A stretch of DNA of 27,703 nucleotides from Nanobdellati archaeon (GCA_013152815.1 JAADFO010000053.1:1-27703); one strand, 5' to 3'. Positions 8,612-17,537 are shown, numbered from the stretch's first letter. Notes: generated by a model from the letters alone, not told the origin. A program made the numbers and translations.

Positions 8612-9367
8612 ATGGCAATCGAAATGTATCTCATCGGACTTGGTGCAGCATACCTTTTTTCAGGATTCAAGGTCGTCAATCAATTCGAACGCGGTGTGAA
8701 ATTCACCCTGGGAAAGTTCGGCGGCATCATGAAACCAGGACTCCATCTCGTGTTTCCCATCATCCAGTCATGGAACAGGGTCGACATGCGCATTGTCACC
8801 GTCGACGTCCCCTCCCAAGAATGCATCTCCAAAGACAACGTGTCCATAAAGGTGAACGCTGTCCTCTATTACCAGGTCAACGACGCAGAGAAGGCCATCA
8901 TCGAGGTGGAACATTTCGAGTATGCCGTCTCTCAACTTGCACAGACGACCATGAGAAACATGGTCGGTGAGTTCGAGCTCGACGAGATCCTGCAACAAAG
9001 GGAGAATATCTCGAACAAGATCTCACAGATCGTCGACAAGGAGACCGACCCCTGGGGCATCAAGGTCGACAAGATCGAGATCAAGGACATCGAACTCCCC
9101 CAGGACATGAAACGGGTCATCTCCAAGGAAGCGGAAGCAGAACGAGAGAAACGGGCAGTCATCGTCAAAGCGTCGGGAGAAGTCATCGCAGCGACCAACC
9201 TGTCGAAGGCCGCGAAGATGCTCTCTGCGGCAAACGGCGCCCTGCATCTCCGGACATTGCAGACGTTGAACGATCTCTCATCCGATCAGTCCAACACCAT
9301 CATCTTCGCCATCCCCATCGAAGTGCTGAAGGCCATCGAGAGCATGGACAAGGGGAAAGGGAAGTAA
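8612..9367 (+). CDS. SPFH/band-7 (stomatin/prohibitin-like) membrane protein.
   Basis: N-terminal TM (MAIEMYLIGLGAAYLFSGF), then VVNQFERGVKFTLGKF..., an SPFH core, and a C-terminal coiled coil (EAEAEREKRAVIV). The track ORF start at 8429 is an upstream over-extension overlapping the aminopeptidase gene; the proposed start ATG 8612 follows its stop. Confidence 0.8.
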   Translation: MAIEMYLIGLGAAYLFSGFKVVNQFERGVKFTLGKFGGIMKPGLHLVFPIIQSWNRVDMRIVTVDVPSQECISKDNVSIKVNAVLYYQVNDAEKAIIEVEHFEYAVSQLAQTTMRNMVGEFELDEILQQRENISNKISQIVDKETDPWGIKVDKIEIKDIELPQDMKRVISKEAEAEREKRAVIVKASGEVIAATNLSKAAKMLSAANGALHLRTLQTLNDLSSDQSNTIIFAIPIEVLKAIESMDKGKGK

Positions 9368-9369
9368 GA

Positions 9370-9708
9370 ATGAAACAGGTCATCCTGGTAAGAGCCGATC
9401 TCAACCTGCCGAATGGCAAGATGGCTGCCCAGGTCGCACACGCGAGCGTCGAGGCAGTAGGCCGCTCTGCAGAAGAGAAGGTCTCCTCCTGGAAAGAGGA
9501 CGGCGCCAAGAAGGTCGTCCTCAGGGTCAAGGACAAGGAAGAGCTTTTCTCCTATCAACAGAAGGCAAAGGCAGAGGGCCTCGTCGCATCGGTCATAACC
9601 GATGCAGGTCACACGGTCGTGGAGCCTGGAACAATAACGTGCATGGCCATAGGGCCTGACAAGGAAGAGCTCATCGACAGGATAACAGGAAACCTGAAGA
9701 TGTACTAG
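9370..9708 (+). CDS. pth2: Peptidyl-tRNA hydrolase, archaeal/eukaryotic type (Pth2).
   Basis: KQVILVRADLNLPNGKMAAQVAHAS...ITDAGHTVVEPGTITCMAIGP is a canonical PTH2 sequence; 112 aa. The start follows 2 nt after the stomatin stop. Confidence 0.9.
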   Translation: MKQVILVRADLNLPNGKMAAQVAHASVEAVGRSAEEKVSSWKEDGAKKVVLRVKDKEELFSYQQKAKAEGLVASVITDAGHTVVEPGTITCMAIGPDKEELIDRITGNLKMY

Positions 9709-9783
9709 AGACGTCTGATACCATCGATACCATCTCGTTCTCCACCCAAACATTTATAAGCGAATCGTCACCCTGCTGTAGGA

Positions 9784-10128
9784 ATGGGCAAGAAGGCCAT
9801 AGCACAGGCGATGGAAGAGAAGATACAGACAGAGATCCGTCGCACCAAGCTTCCAAGGGGAAACCAGACATTGGGCATCCTTGAGGAACGGCTCGGCGGA
9901 TCCCGGGCAAGGGTCAAATGCCTGGACGGCAAGACCCGCATCTGCAGGATACCCGGAAGGCTCAAGCGTCGGCTCTGGGTCAGGCCAGGCGACATCCTGC
10001 TCATCGAACCCTGGGAACTGTCAGGTGATGAGAAAGGGGACATCATCTTCAAGTACCGGCCCACCCAGGTGGACGTGCTCCGCAAGAAAGGGATGCTCGA
10101 GAAGCTCCAGGACATGGACGAATTCTAG
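9784..10128 (+). CDS. eif1a: Translation initiation factor aIF-1A (eIF-1A homologue).
   Basis: RIPGRLKRRLWVRPGDILLIEPWE...KGDIIFKY; S1/OB-fold aIF-1A signature; 114 aa. Confidence 0.9.
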   Translation: MGKKAIAQAMEEKIQTEIRRTKLPRGNQTLGILEERLGGSRARVKCLDGKTRICRIPGRLKRRLWVRPGDILLIEPWELSGDEKGDIIFKYRPTQVDVLRKKGMLEKLQDMDEF

Positions 10129-10226
10129 GACAGGTCCCAGATTCCTGTCATCATCAGAACAGAGTGAAGCACCATCACCACTTCATCATAGAAATCAATA
10201 TAAACCATCGGATTAACCGCACAAGC

Positions 10227-10706
10227 ATGAAGGACACAACCTATTGGGCATATTTCCTGCTCACCTTGGGGGCATTGTTCGTCATCATTCTGCAGCTTGA
10301 CAGGCTGGGGACGTTCTGGAAGATTCTCGAGGGGCTTTGGATCATCCTCTTCTTCCTCCTCGCAGCCGCATTGTACCTTGCGGCCGCCAGGAAGGCGTCA
10401 GATGGCTATCTCGCCATGGTCCTCTTCGGACTGAACCTCATGAACGCCCTGGGGCTCTATTTCCTCACCGGATGGGTGACCATGCTCATCATCGGAGCTG
10501 TGGTGAGCCTCATCGGTTTTGTGATGGGAGTGGAGACGCTGAAAGCAGGCGTCCCGAAGACGTACCCTGGAGAAGAGCTGATCTACGAGGAGCCTGAGCC
10601 ACCGAAGAGAGCGGCCAAGGCGACCAAGAGCAGCAAGAAGAGACCTTCTTCACAGAGAAAGTCCCGCAGCAGAAAGACGACAAAAAGGAAACCCTCACGA
10701 AAGTGA
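10227..10706 (+). CDS. Small integral membrane protein (about 4 TM helices) with a strongly basic Lys/Arg/Ser-rich C-terminal tail.
   Basis: Hydrophobic helices followed by KRAAKATKSSKKRPSSQRKSRSRKTTKRKPSRK. The track start 10164 (MKHHHHF...) is probably an over-extension; the more plausible start is MKDTTYWAYF at 10227. Confidence 0.55.
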   Translation: MKDTTYWAYFLLTLGALFVIILQLDRLGTFWKILEGLWIILFFLLAAALYLAAARKASDGYLAMVLFGLNLMNALGLYFLTGWVTMLIIGAVVSLIGFVMGVETLKAGVPKTYPGEELIYEEPEPPKRAAKATKSSKKRPSSQRKSRSRKTTKRKPSRK

Positions 10707-10747
10707 ACAGGACAGCGGCATGCTTTCTTTTTTCCTTTTCTTTTTTC

Positions 10748-11275
10748 TTACCCTTCCTGTTTCTGCTTCTTCTTGCTCTTCGCGGTCTTTTGTCTCTTTC
10801 TCCAGACGCAGAACTCGTCCCTGAGGACAAGGAGGATCAACCCGCCCATACCTATGGAGAGCGCAGTATCAGCAAGGTTGAAGGCAGGAAAGAACGAGAA
10901 GCTGATGAAGTCGACGACCCCTGCCCTGAAGAGCCGATCGGCCAGGTTCCCCAAAGCTCCGCCCATGATGAGAGCATAGAACACCTGAGAGAGCGGGTCT
11001 GCAGGAAAATGGTCATGATAATAGATGAGCAGGCCGATGAAGATGAGGGCGATGAAGATGAGCAGGGTGTTTGACGTAGCAAGACCGGCGAGGAAAGAGA
11101 ACGCAGCACCCGTGTTCAGGGTCGAGACCAGGGACAGGAAAGGGAAGACGACGATGGGACGGGAAGCGAGATGAGTGACAGAGAAATATTTCAGCAGCTG
11201 GTCTGCGATGACAACCGCGAAGACCGTCAAAGGCACGAGGAGAAAGGAAGACCGCTTTCGCTTTTCCGATGACAC
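10748..11275 (-). CDS. lspA: Lipoprotein signal peptidase (signal peptidase II).
   Basis: All the LspA conserved blocks I recall are present: NTGAAFSFL, GGALGNLADRL, VVDFISF, FPAFNLADTAL. Confidence 0.85.
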   Translation of the reverse strand: MSSEKRKRSSFLLVPLTVFAVVIADQLLKYFSVTHLASRPIVVFPFLSLVSTLNTGAAFSFLAGLATSNTLLIFIALIFIGLLIYYHDHFPADPLSQVFYALIMGGALGNLADRLFRAGVVDFISFSFFPAFNLADTALSIGMGGLILLVLRDEFCVWRKRQKTAKSKKKQKQEG

Positions 11276-11286
11276 CTACGGGACAC

Positions 11287-11772
11287 CTACCAGCCTCTGT
11301 TCCGTTTCTCGTCTTCGCTGTAGGCAAGACGCTCGATGTTGGCCATGCGCTGGCCCAGGGAATCCAGCGATGCCCGAAGCGCATCCAGCTTCGAAGAGAT
11401 CAACTCGATGTTCTTGTTGATGAGATAGGCCTCATGGCTTGTGCTGAAGGTGACCTCCTGCGAAGGGGAAGGTTCTGCATAGGACGGGGACGGCTGGAAC
11501 GAAGGGGAGGAGGGCATCATCCCAGGATGAGCGCTGGCCTGCGGAGGCGCTGAAGACATCTGCTGCTGCATGTGCTGCTGGCCGAATCCTGAGACGTCCT
11601 GGGCAGGTGGCTGCACAGGCTGTGCAGCTGCTGTCTGAGGGTCTGCGAAAGAGGGCGTGAGACTGGAGCCGGGTTCAGGTCCGAGACCGAGATCAGCACC
11701 CAGATTGTCATCAAGCTTCAGGTCAGAGAAGTCGTCCTTCTTCCAGAACATGGCTTTTTCCAGCAGACTCAT
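11287..11772 (-). CDS. Hypothetical protein. Acidic N-terminus, long P/Q/S-rich low-complexity middle, C-terminal predicted coiled coil.
   Basis: 161-aa ORF on the same strand between the upstream membrane-protein gene and lspA. No catalytic motif. Confidence 0.5.
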   Translation of the reverse strand: MSLLEKAMFWKKDDFSDLKLDDNLGADLGLGPEPGSSLTPSFADPQTAAAQPVQPPAQDVSGFGQQHMQQQMSSAPPQASAHPGMMPSSPSFQPSPSYAEPSPSQEVTFSTSHEAYLINKNIELISSKLDALRASLDSLGQRMANIERLAYSEDEKRNRGW

Positions 11773-11798
11773 AAAATCCCTCTTTTGGTTCTCGGTAA

Positions 11799-12569
11799 TT
11801 ATGGATTGCTGTCCTTATAAAGGTTTGCCTTTTCGACGACGTCGATGAAGAGCCCTTCAGGGATGACCCGAAGGAACCGGAACATCACGGTCTCTTCATG
11901 GATCGTGAGGTGATGCCTCCTGAACTGGTCGAGGATGAAGAGCGGACCGTCCTGTTGTATGGCTGCACCCATGAGCGTCGCGAAGAGATAGCCCTTGAAA
12001 CCGGCAGGATCAGCGATGCCAAGACGTCGTTGTATGGCCTGGACGGTGAGGTTCATCTGAGCAGGAGGTATTGTGGTGTTGCCCATCTGTTCCTGCACAA
12101 AATCGTCCAGAGGATGGTCAGAAGAGAGCAAGCCCAGAAGAGAAGAGACAGGATAGCTTTTCCTGTCTATCTGGACATCCCCTATTGTCGAGAAGGCATC
12201 GGTGGAGAACAGGAACAGCTTGTAGGAATCGCCCTTCAGCGATGCAAGGTCGCGGTCATCAAGATCCTGCTGCATAGGGATCAAGTCAGGGCCGGTGAAG
12301 AACGTCACCCGGTCCAGGTCAGGAGAGGCCAGCTCCATTCCGGCAAGAAGCCGGCCATCCTTCTCAAGGAGAAAGGTGTTCTTGCCTACGGCCATCTGCT
12401 CCCTGAACTCCCGGGCATCGAGGAAGAGAAAGACGCCGCCCGCCAGAGTGATAATGAAGAGAAGGGTCGACAGCCAGAAGAGGACCCTGCCCAGACGAGG
12501 GAAGAAGTGATGGAGCAGCCAGAGCAGGACCATGAACAGGACAGACCAGAGTATCATCTCAACGAGCAT
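11799..12569 (-). CDS. Hypothetical membrane-anchored protein (two N-terminal TM helices plus a ~180-aa soluble domain).
   Basis: 256-aa ORF whose N-terminus is MLVEMILWSVLFMVLLWLLHHFF...FWLSTLLFIITLAGGVFLFL. The antisense +strand track ORF 11898-13853 is over-extended across it. Confidence 0.6.
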   Translation of the reverse strand: MLVEMILWSVLFMVLLWLLHHFFPRLGRVLFWLSTLLFIITLAGGVFLFLDAREFREQMAVGKNTFLLEKDGRLLAGMELASPDLDRVTFFTGPDLIPMQQDLDDRDLASLKGDSYKLFLFSTDAFSTIGDVQIDRKSYPVSSLLGLLSSDHPLDDFVQEQMGNTTIPPAQMNLTVQAIQRRLGIADPAGFKGYLFATLMGAAIQQDGPLFILDQFRRHHLTIHEETVMFRFLRVIPEGLFIDVVEKANLYKDSNP

Positions 12570-12674
12570 ACATTTCCCAAGAGAAGGATGTATTTAAGGA
12601 TTTTGGGAAAGAGCGGGCATAAGATTTATATGTTTACGCAGATTAACTTTTTTGAGAAGTGCTCATTTTCAAAG

Positions 12675-13853
12675 ATGGTAAACAAGAGTTTAGATACAGC
12701 AATAGAAGAATATGTCCCCCGGTCGGTCAGGATACAGGAACCCATACGAAAACTGGAGACGTTAAGAGAGATGGGCTTCAGGGGCCTTGACGATCTCATC
12801 GACCTCATAGCAAAGGAACACATACAGTTCCCCATCCTGACCAACGCCCATTACGCGTCGCTTCTCGACAAGGATGATCCAGAGGACCCTCTCCGCAAGA
12901 TCGTCATCCCCACAGAAGAAGAGATCCTCAGATATGTGAGAAGGCAGGGGCAGTTCGATACGAGCGGAGAACGCACCAACACCCAGGCGCCGGGGCTGCA
13001 GCACAAGTACGCGCCCACGGCCATAGCCCTGGTCAATGCGCTCTGCGCGTCCTACTGCCGGTTCTGTTTCAGGAAACGCATCTTCATGGGCGATGAAGAA
13101 TTCTATAGCACAGGACGTTTCCCCAACAAGGAGGCCATCCGCTACCTCCAGGACCACAGGGAGATCAATACCCTGCTCCTGACCGGCGGAGACGCCTTCA
13201 TGCTCGACAACGACACCGTGAGGTCATTGACCGGGATACTCAGCGACCCGAGCCTGGACCATATTCGCACCGTCCGGTTCGGCACCAGGATGGTGGTCTA
13301 CCAGCCGCAACGTATCGATGATGAGCTGGGCCAGATCCTGCAGGACTTCAGGGACACCACCGGAAAACGGGTCATGGTCGGCACCCACGTCAACCACCCC
13401 AGGGAAGTCACACCAGAGACAAAAGATGCCTTCGAGCACCTTCTCGACCACAAGATTGCATTGTACAACCAGACCGTCCTGCTCAAGGGCATCAACGACG
13501 ACCCCGCAGTCCTCTACGAACTCTTCGACAAGAAGCTCGCGTTCAACGACAACAGACCTTATTATCTCTTCCATGACCGTCCGGTAAGCGGTTCAGAGCA
13601 CATGCAGGTCCGTCTCGACGACGGACTCCACATCTACAGCGAGGTCGCCAAGAGGATGACCGGTCCCCACAAACCGAGATATGTCATGTCCACCAAAGGA
13701 GGGAAGATGGAGATCGACAGCATGCACCCGACGAAACCGAACGTCATCATCCTCAAATATCATTCAGCCAAGGACATGTCCCTGACCGGAAAGGCCGTCT
13801 TCTACGACCTCAGGGAGAACAACCCGTTCTGGTACGAACCGACAGTGGCTTGA
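12675..13853 (+). CDS. KamA-family radical-SAM enzyme (lysine 2,3-aminomutase-like).
   Basis: Radical-SAM CxxxCxxC (CASYCRFC) in the KamA-typical context APTAIALVNALCASYCRFCFRK, followed by LLLTGGDAFML. The proposed start ATG 12675 (MVNKSLDTAIEEY...) has a TATA-like gatttatatgttt ~40 nt upstream. The upstream 5' part of track ORF 11898-13853 is antisense to the real gene 11799-12569. Confidence 0.8.
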   Translation: MVNKSLDTAIEEYVPRSVRIQEPIRKLETLREMGFRGLDDLIDLIAKEHIQFPILTNAHYASLLDKDDPEDPLRKIVIPTEEEILRYVRRQGQFDTSGERTNTQAPGLQHKYAPTAIALVNALCASYCRFCFRKRIFMGDEEFYSTGRFPNKEAIRYLQDHREINTLLLTGGDAFMLDNDTVRSLTGILSDPSLDHIRTVRFGTRMVVYQPQRIDDELGQILQDFRDTTGKRVMVGTHVNHPREVTPETKDAFEHLLDHKIALYNQTVLLKGINDDPAVLYELFDKKLAFNDNRPYYLFHDRPVSGSEHMQVRLDDGLHIYSEVAKRMTGPHKPRYVMSTKGGKMEIDSMHPTKPNVIILKYHSAKDMSLTGKAVFYDLRENNPFWYEPTVA

Positions 13854-13890
13854 ACAAAGAACAGGACAAAGGCAACAGGCAGGTGAACAG

Positions 13891-15009
13891 ATGCTCAGAC
13901 CGGCAAAGAGGCTCATCACAGGACTGATGGACAAGGCAGGCATCGAACTCGGCAGGGACATGACGGTCCACGACGAATCGTTCTACAGGGATGTGCTCCT
14001 CAGGGGTTCTCTTGGGCTGGGGGAAAGCTATGTCAAAGGAAAATGGGATGCTGAAAAGCTCGATGACCTCATCACCAGGATGCTCCGGGCCGAACTGGAG
14101 GACCGGTTCTGGCTCGGGACCGTCGTCGGCCTGAACAGCCTCTTCTCCTCGCTCCTGACGAACCGGCAACAGGAAAGCAGGAACGAAGAGGTGGCAGACA
14201 AGCACTACAACATGGGCAACTTCCTGTTCCATTCCTTCCTTGACAAGAACAGGCAGTATTCCTGCGCCTATTTCAAGAAGGCAGACACCCTGGATGAGGC
14301 CCAGGTGGACAAGATGAAGCTCATAGCAGGAAAGCTCGACCTCAAAGAAGGAGAGCATCTTCTGGACATAGGATGTGGCTGGGGAGGCCTTGCGAATTTC
14401 CTGGCAGAGCAGTATGGTGTCCGGGTGAAAGGCATCTCCAATTCACAGGAACAGGTCTTGTTTGCGAAAACCCATGCCCATGAAGGGACAACGTTCGAGA
14501 AGAAGGACTACCGTTCCCTTGAAGGCAGCTATGACAAGATCCTATCCGTCGGCATGTTCGAGCATGTGGGCCCCAAGAACCACAGGACCTTCATGAGAAA
14601 GGTCGACGACCTGCTCAAGGAAGGAGGCATCTTCCTGCTCCACACCATAGGAGGCCACAGGTCGGTGAACCATACCGATCCCTGGTTCGACAGGGAGATC
14701 TTCCCCAACGGGGTCATCCCGTCGAAGAGGCAGATCAGGAAGGCATCGGAAGGCATCTTTGAGGTCAGAGATATCGAGGAGTTCGGCCCCTACTATGACA
14801 AGACATTGATGGCCTGGTACGACAATCTCAAGGCAGCCTGGAACAGCATCAAGGGAAAGTTCAAGGATCCTGACCGTTTCTTCAGGGTCATGGAATACTA
14901 TCTCCTGAGCAGTGCCGGAACGTTCCGCTCAGGCCAGAATACCGTGTGGCAGTATGTCTTTGCCAGGCCCGGAGAACAAGGGGGATATGCAGCATACAGG
15001 CTTCCCTGA
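13891..15009 (+). CDS. SAM-dependent methyltransferase of the cyclopropane-fatty-acyl-phospholipid (CFA) synthase family.
   Basis: Family-diagnostic blocks HYNMGNFLFHSFLDKNRQYSCAYF and LLDIGCGWGGLANFLAEQYGVRVKGISNSQEQ; 372 aa. Confidence 0.85.
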   Translation: MLRPAKRLITGLMDKAGIELGRDMTVHDESFYRDVLLRGSLGLGESYVKGKWDAEKLDDLITRMLRAELEDRFWLGTVVGLNSLFSSLLTNRQQESRNEEVADKHYNMGNFLFHSFLDKNRQYSCAYFKKADTLDEAQVDKMKLIAGKLDLKEGEHLLDIGCGWGGLANFLAEQYGVRVKGISNSQEQVLFAKTHAHEGTTFEKKDYRSLEGSYDKILSVGMFEHVGPKNHRTFMRKVDDLLKEGGIFLLHTIGGHRSVNHTDPWFDREIFPNGVIPSKRQIRKASEGIFEVRDIEEFGPYYDKTLMAWYDNLKAAWNSIKGKFKDPDRFFRVMEYYLLSSAGTFRSGQNTVWQYVFARPGEQGGYAAYRLP

Positions 15010-15073
15010 ACAACAGCAGCGAAAGGGATGCAGCACCAATATCCATATAAATTTCTCTGCATTTGCTCATCCC

Positions 15074-15640
15074 ATGGCACGGAGCAGAGCAGGGAAAGCG
15101 AAAGACATCCTTCTTCTCCTGGGAGCTTTGGGTGCAGGGACAGGCGTATCAGGATACATGACGCCAAACGAACCACCACAGGCAGGGCAGGCAACCGTCC
15201 TGCAGCAGGATGATCTCGCTTCCAGGGTCGCTGTCATCAAGGAATTCGTGAAGTCAGAAGGCACCTATTCCTCCACCACCATCAACGGGAAAGAGATAGA
15301 CATCTATGCATTCGACAGATTCAAGGGATACACTCTTCAGGCAGGGGATGATTTCCTGGCCATCTTCAAGAAGGACAAGGAAGACCGCTTCGCCATCATC
15401 GACTATGCAGGCTATGGGTCAGGCGATTACTTCGTCAGGCTGAAGAAGTACCCCGGCGTCTTCGTCACCATCGATGTGATCAGCAAGGTGGAAGAGATGA
15501 GAGACGCCAGGAAGACGAGGGCGACCTCTTCAGCAGGCAGCTATGAACGGGTACAGGGAGCGAAGGATCAGGACAACGTCCAAAGGGTCTACAGCAGCAC
15601 CATAGCGGATCTCGAGAAGCTCATGGCCGTCGGAGAGTGA
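15074..15640 (+). CDS. Hypothetical secreted or membrane-anchored protein (N-terminal signal/anchor ILLLLGALGAGTGVSG).
   Basis: Proposed start ATG 15074 (MARSRAGKAKD...) lies after the methyltransferase stop. The track start 14912 overlaps the methyltransferase gene. Confidence 0.5.
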   Translation: MARSRAGKAKDILLLLGALGAGTGVSGYMTPNEPPQAGQATVLQQDDLASRVAVIKEFVKSEGTYSSTTINGKEIDIYAFDRFKGYTLQAGDDFLAIFKKDKEDRFAIIDYAGYGSGDYFVRLKKYPGVFVTIDVISKVEEMRDARKTRATSSAGSYERVQGAKDQDNVQRVYSSTIADLEKLMAVGE

Positions 15641-15685
15641 GGGACACACAGGCAGTTTTATACGCATATACGCACTTTGCCGACG

Positions 15686-16300
15686 CTATGAAATGTGAAG
15701 ATTGGCGCTGTTCATATACAGGCGATGTGAGGCACGTTCTTTCTTTGTCATCTCTTTAAGCGAGGTATCCCGGCCCATGGCTTTTTCAACAAACTGATCG
15801 ATATGTTCTTTTGGAGGTATCTCAGAAAAATAGACCAGATTACCTGCTCCAAGGGGAACATCCCAGAGACGGTGCCTGAAGATGGGCGTCGTCAGACCAT
15901 CCCTATTCTCACCCCACTTTGAGATGACCAATCCATCTTCCTGAACATAGCCTGCATGGCTGAGCAGAAGGTCGTGATAGTGCTGCTCAGAATCATAGTG
16001 TTTCACCTGTATGAAATACCAGACAACACCCCCCTTCCCCGGTTTAACATCCTCAGAGACGGTCAGACTTTCTACGAGCGCGTCCACGCCTTTAATGAGA
16101 TCAGGACCCTCTTTCCCCAGAACATGGTTGAAACAATTATGATAACGTAACGCTTCAGGATGATCTGCAGCAGGCTCAATGCCCATCTTGGCCATCCGTT
16201 CTTCGACAGTTGACCGTTCCCCCCGATTGTATCCCAGAGTGATCTGTAGACGACGGATGTATTGATCCAGATTCTTGAAAAAGGATTGTGTGTTATCCAT
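15686..16300 (-). CDS. Hypothetical protein, 204 aa.
   Basis: Long ORF of backbone-like composition, convergent with the preceding cluster. No motif recognised. Confidence 0.5.
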   Translation of the reverse strand: MDNTQSFFKNLDQYIRRLQITLGYNRGERSTVEERMAKMGIEPAADHPEALRYHNCFNHVLGKEGPDLIKGVDALVESLTVSEDVKPGKGGVVWYFIQVKHYDSEQHYHDLLLSHAGYVQEDGLVISKWGENRDGLTTPIFRHRLWDVPLGAGNLVYFSEIPPKEHIDQFVEKAMGRDTSLKEMTKKERASHRLYMNSANLHIS

Positions 16301-16516
16301 GATTGCCTGCTGTTGGTCGCTCTCAATAAGGGAGAGATGAGATTCGGAAACAAACCATCACAAAACCATCTCACATATTCAGAACACAACCTCTCTTTAA
16401 AAAAGTTACTATCAGAGAGTGATATTTTTCCTTGTTTTCAGGATTGCGACTTTGGCAAAGAAACTAGCCCCTCCTGGAATAGCGGAAGATAGCCTCATTC
16501 TTTGGAGCTCGAGAAG

Positions 16517-16909
16517 TTACCTTAGTCTTTTTTTGATATGTTCAACCAGTGGTTCAAACAACGCCTGTGATATGGCGAGGGCATTTTCAGCTTCTTCTGG
16601 TCTGGGTTTATATCCGTAGTAGTTAATGTTGTGTCTCAGTCTCCTCATGTTATCGAGGATGCTTAGCGGTCGGGTAGTGTTCACTTTTAAGGTAAGTAGC
16701 TCCTTGATGGGCGTTATATGGTCTTCTGATTCGATGCCTTTCTCTGTCAGCAACGCATCTCCAAGCATCCTGAAGGATTCGTAGATATTGCGGATGATGG
16801 TTGCAGAAGATTCTTCTGTGACTGGCAGGGAAAGGGTGAACTTCATATCCCGTTCAGCAGCCTGAAGAATGCTCAGTGCATTTTTCCGGTCTGGTCTTTT
16901 ATACCTCAT
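16517..16909 (-). CDS. HEPN-domain protein, putative toxin of a HEPN/MNT pair.
   Basis: 130-aa all-alpha-looking protein with a C-terminal ...NMRRLRHNINYYGY segment resembling the HEPN R-x(3-6)-H motif. Its ATG overlaps the stop of the upstream MNT gene by 4 nt (ATGA). AT-rich. Confidence 0.55.
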   Translation of the reverse strand: MRYKRPDRKNALSILQAAERDMKFTLSLPVTEESSATIIRNIYESFRMLGDALLTEKGIESEDHITPIKELLTLKVNTTRPLSILDNMRRLRHNINYYGYKPRPEEAENALAISQALFEPLVEHIKKRLR

Positions 16910-17493
16910 GGTCTGACCTCCAAGAACCCCTCAAGCACTATGCCGTTTGCAATATTTGAGAATAAATTTATGTCTATCTTGTTGCGTGTGAATATGTGTA
17001 GATTAACAGGAACATCTTTTCTATATCCGAACCTGGGCATCCTGCCCATCTCGATTATTCTCACATCTTTATCGCTATTCACTTCAACTGCTATGTCAAC
17101 ATCACTTTTTTCTGTATCATCCCCTTTTCGGTAGCTTCCGAAAAGCACTATCGCGTTTGCGATGCCCACGATCTCCTGTATTTGGTTTTTTAGACTCTTG
17201 TTGTAAGCTTCAAACACCATCGATAGGTTGAACGCAATTTTTTTTGTGTAATTGTAAGGATGACTCCGGTTGCACGCAATCCGCCAAGCTTTGCCATACA
17301 CTTTTTTTATTAAGAATTCTTCTTCAACCATCCTTTCTACAATCTTCTTTGCAGTCGTTTTTGATATCTTGAGATACTCAGCAAGATCATTTAATCCCGC
17401 TTCCGTCTCGGGAAAAGAGAAAAACCAGGAGAGCACCTTATTATAGGCTTCATTTAGTTCAACCAGTCCAACATTTTCCAATCTCTTCGGCAT
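16906..17493 (-). CDS. Minimal nucleotidyltransferase (MNT) with an N-terminal winged-helix DNA-binding extension; putative antitoxin of the HEPN/MNT pair.
   Basis: NTase motif LFGSYRKGDDTEKSDVDIAVEV (GS...DxD). N-terminal region LAEYLKISKTTAKKIVERMVEEEFLIKK is wHTH-like. Lies upstream of the HEPN gene with a 4-nt overlap. Confidence 0.65.
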   Translation of the reverse strand: MPKRLENVGLVELNEAYNKVLSWFFSFPETEAGLNDLAEYLKISKTTAKKIVERMVEEEFLIKKVYGKAWRIACNRSHPYNYTKKIAFNLSMVFEAYNKSLKNQIQEIVGIANAIVLFGSYRKGDDTEKSDVDIAVEVNSDKDVRIIEMGRMPRFGYRKDVPVNLHIFTRNKIDINLFSNIANGIVLEGFLEVRP

Positions 17494-17499
17494 ATGAGC

Positions 17500-17537
17500 T
17501 GGTAACGAGAAGAACTATATAAACTTTTTGGTTACCA
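17500..17537 (-). promoter_or_regulatory. Promoter/operator of the MNT-HEPN operon: BRE/TATA-like aaaaagtttatatag flanked by a 7-bp inverted repeat tggtaac...gttacca.
   Basis: Seen directly: arms at 17500-17506 and 17531-17537 bracket the TATA-like element, ~25 nt upstream of the MNT ATG (minus strand). Confidence 0.4.

Noticed and set aside
7656-8679. Track ORFs 7656-8471(-), 7891-8679(-), 8301-8579(+).
   Set aside because: Antisense or alternative-frame ORFs inside the well-supported M29 aminopeptidase gene (7471-8562). Low-complexity R/S/P-rich translations.
11898-12674. 5' ~780 nt of track ORF 11898-13853 (651 aa).
   Set aside because: This part is antisense to the membrane-protein gene 11799-12569 and has no KamA-like sequence. 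The radical-SAM protein plausibly starts at ATG 12675, behind its own TATA-like element.
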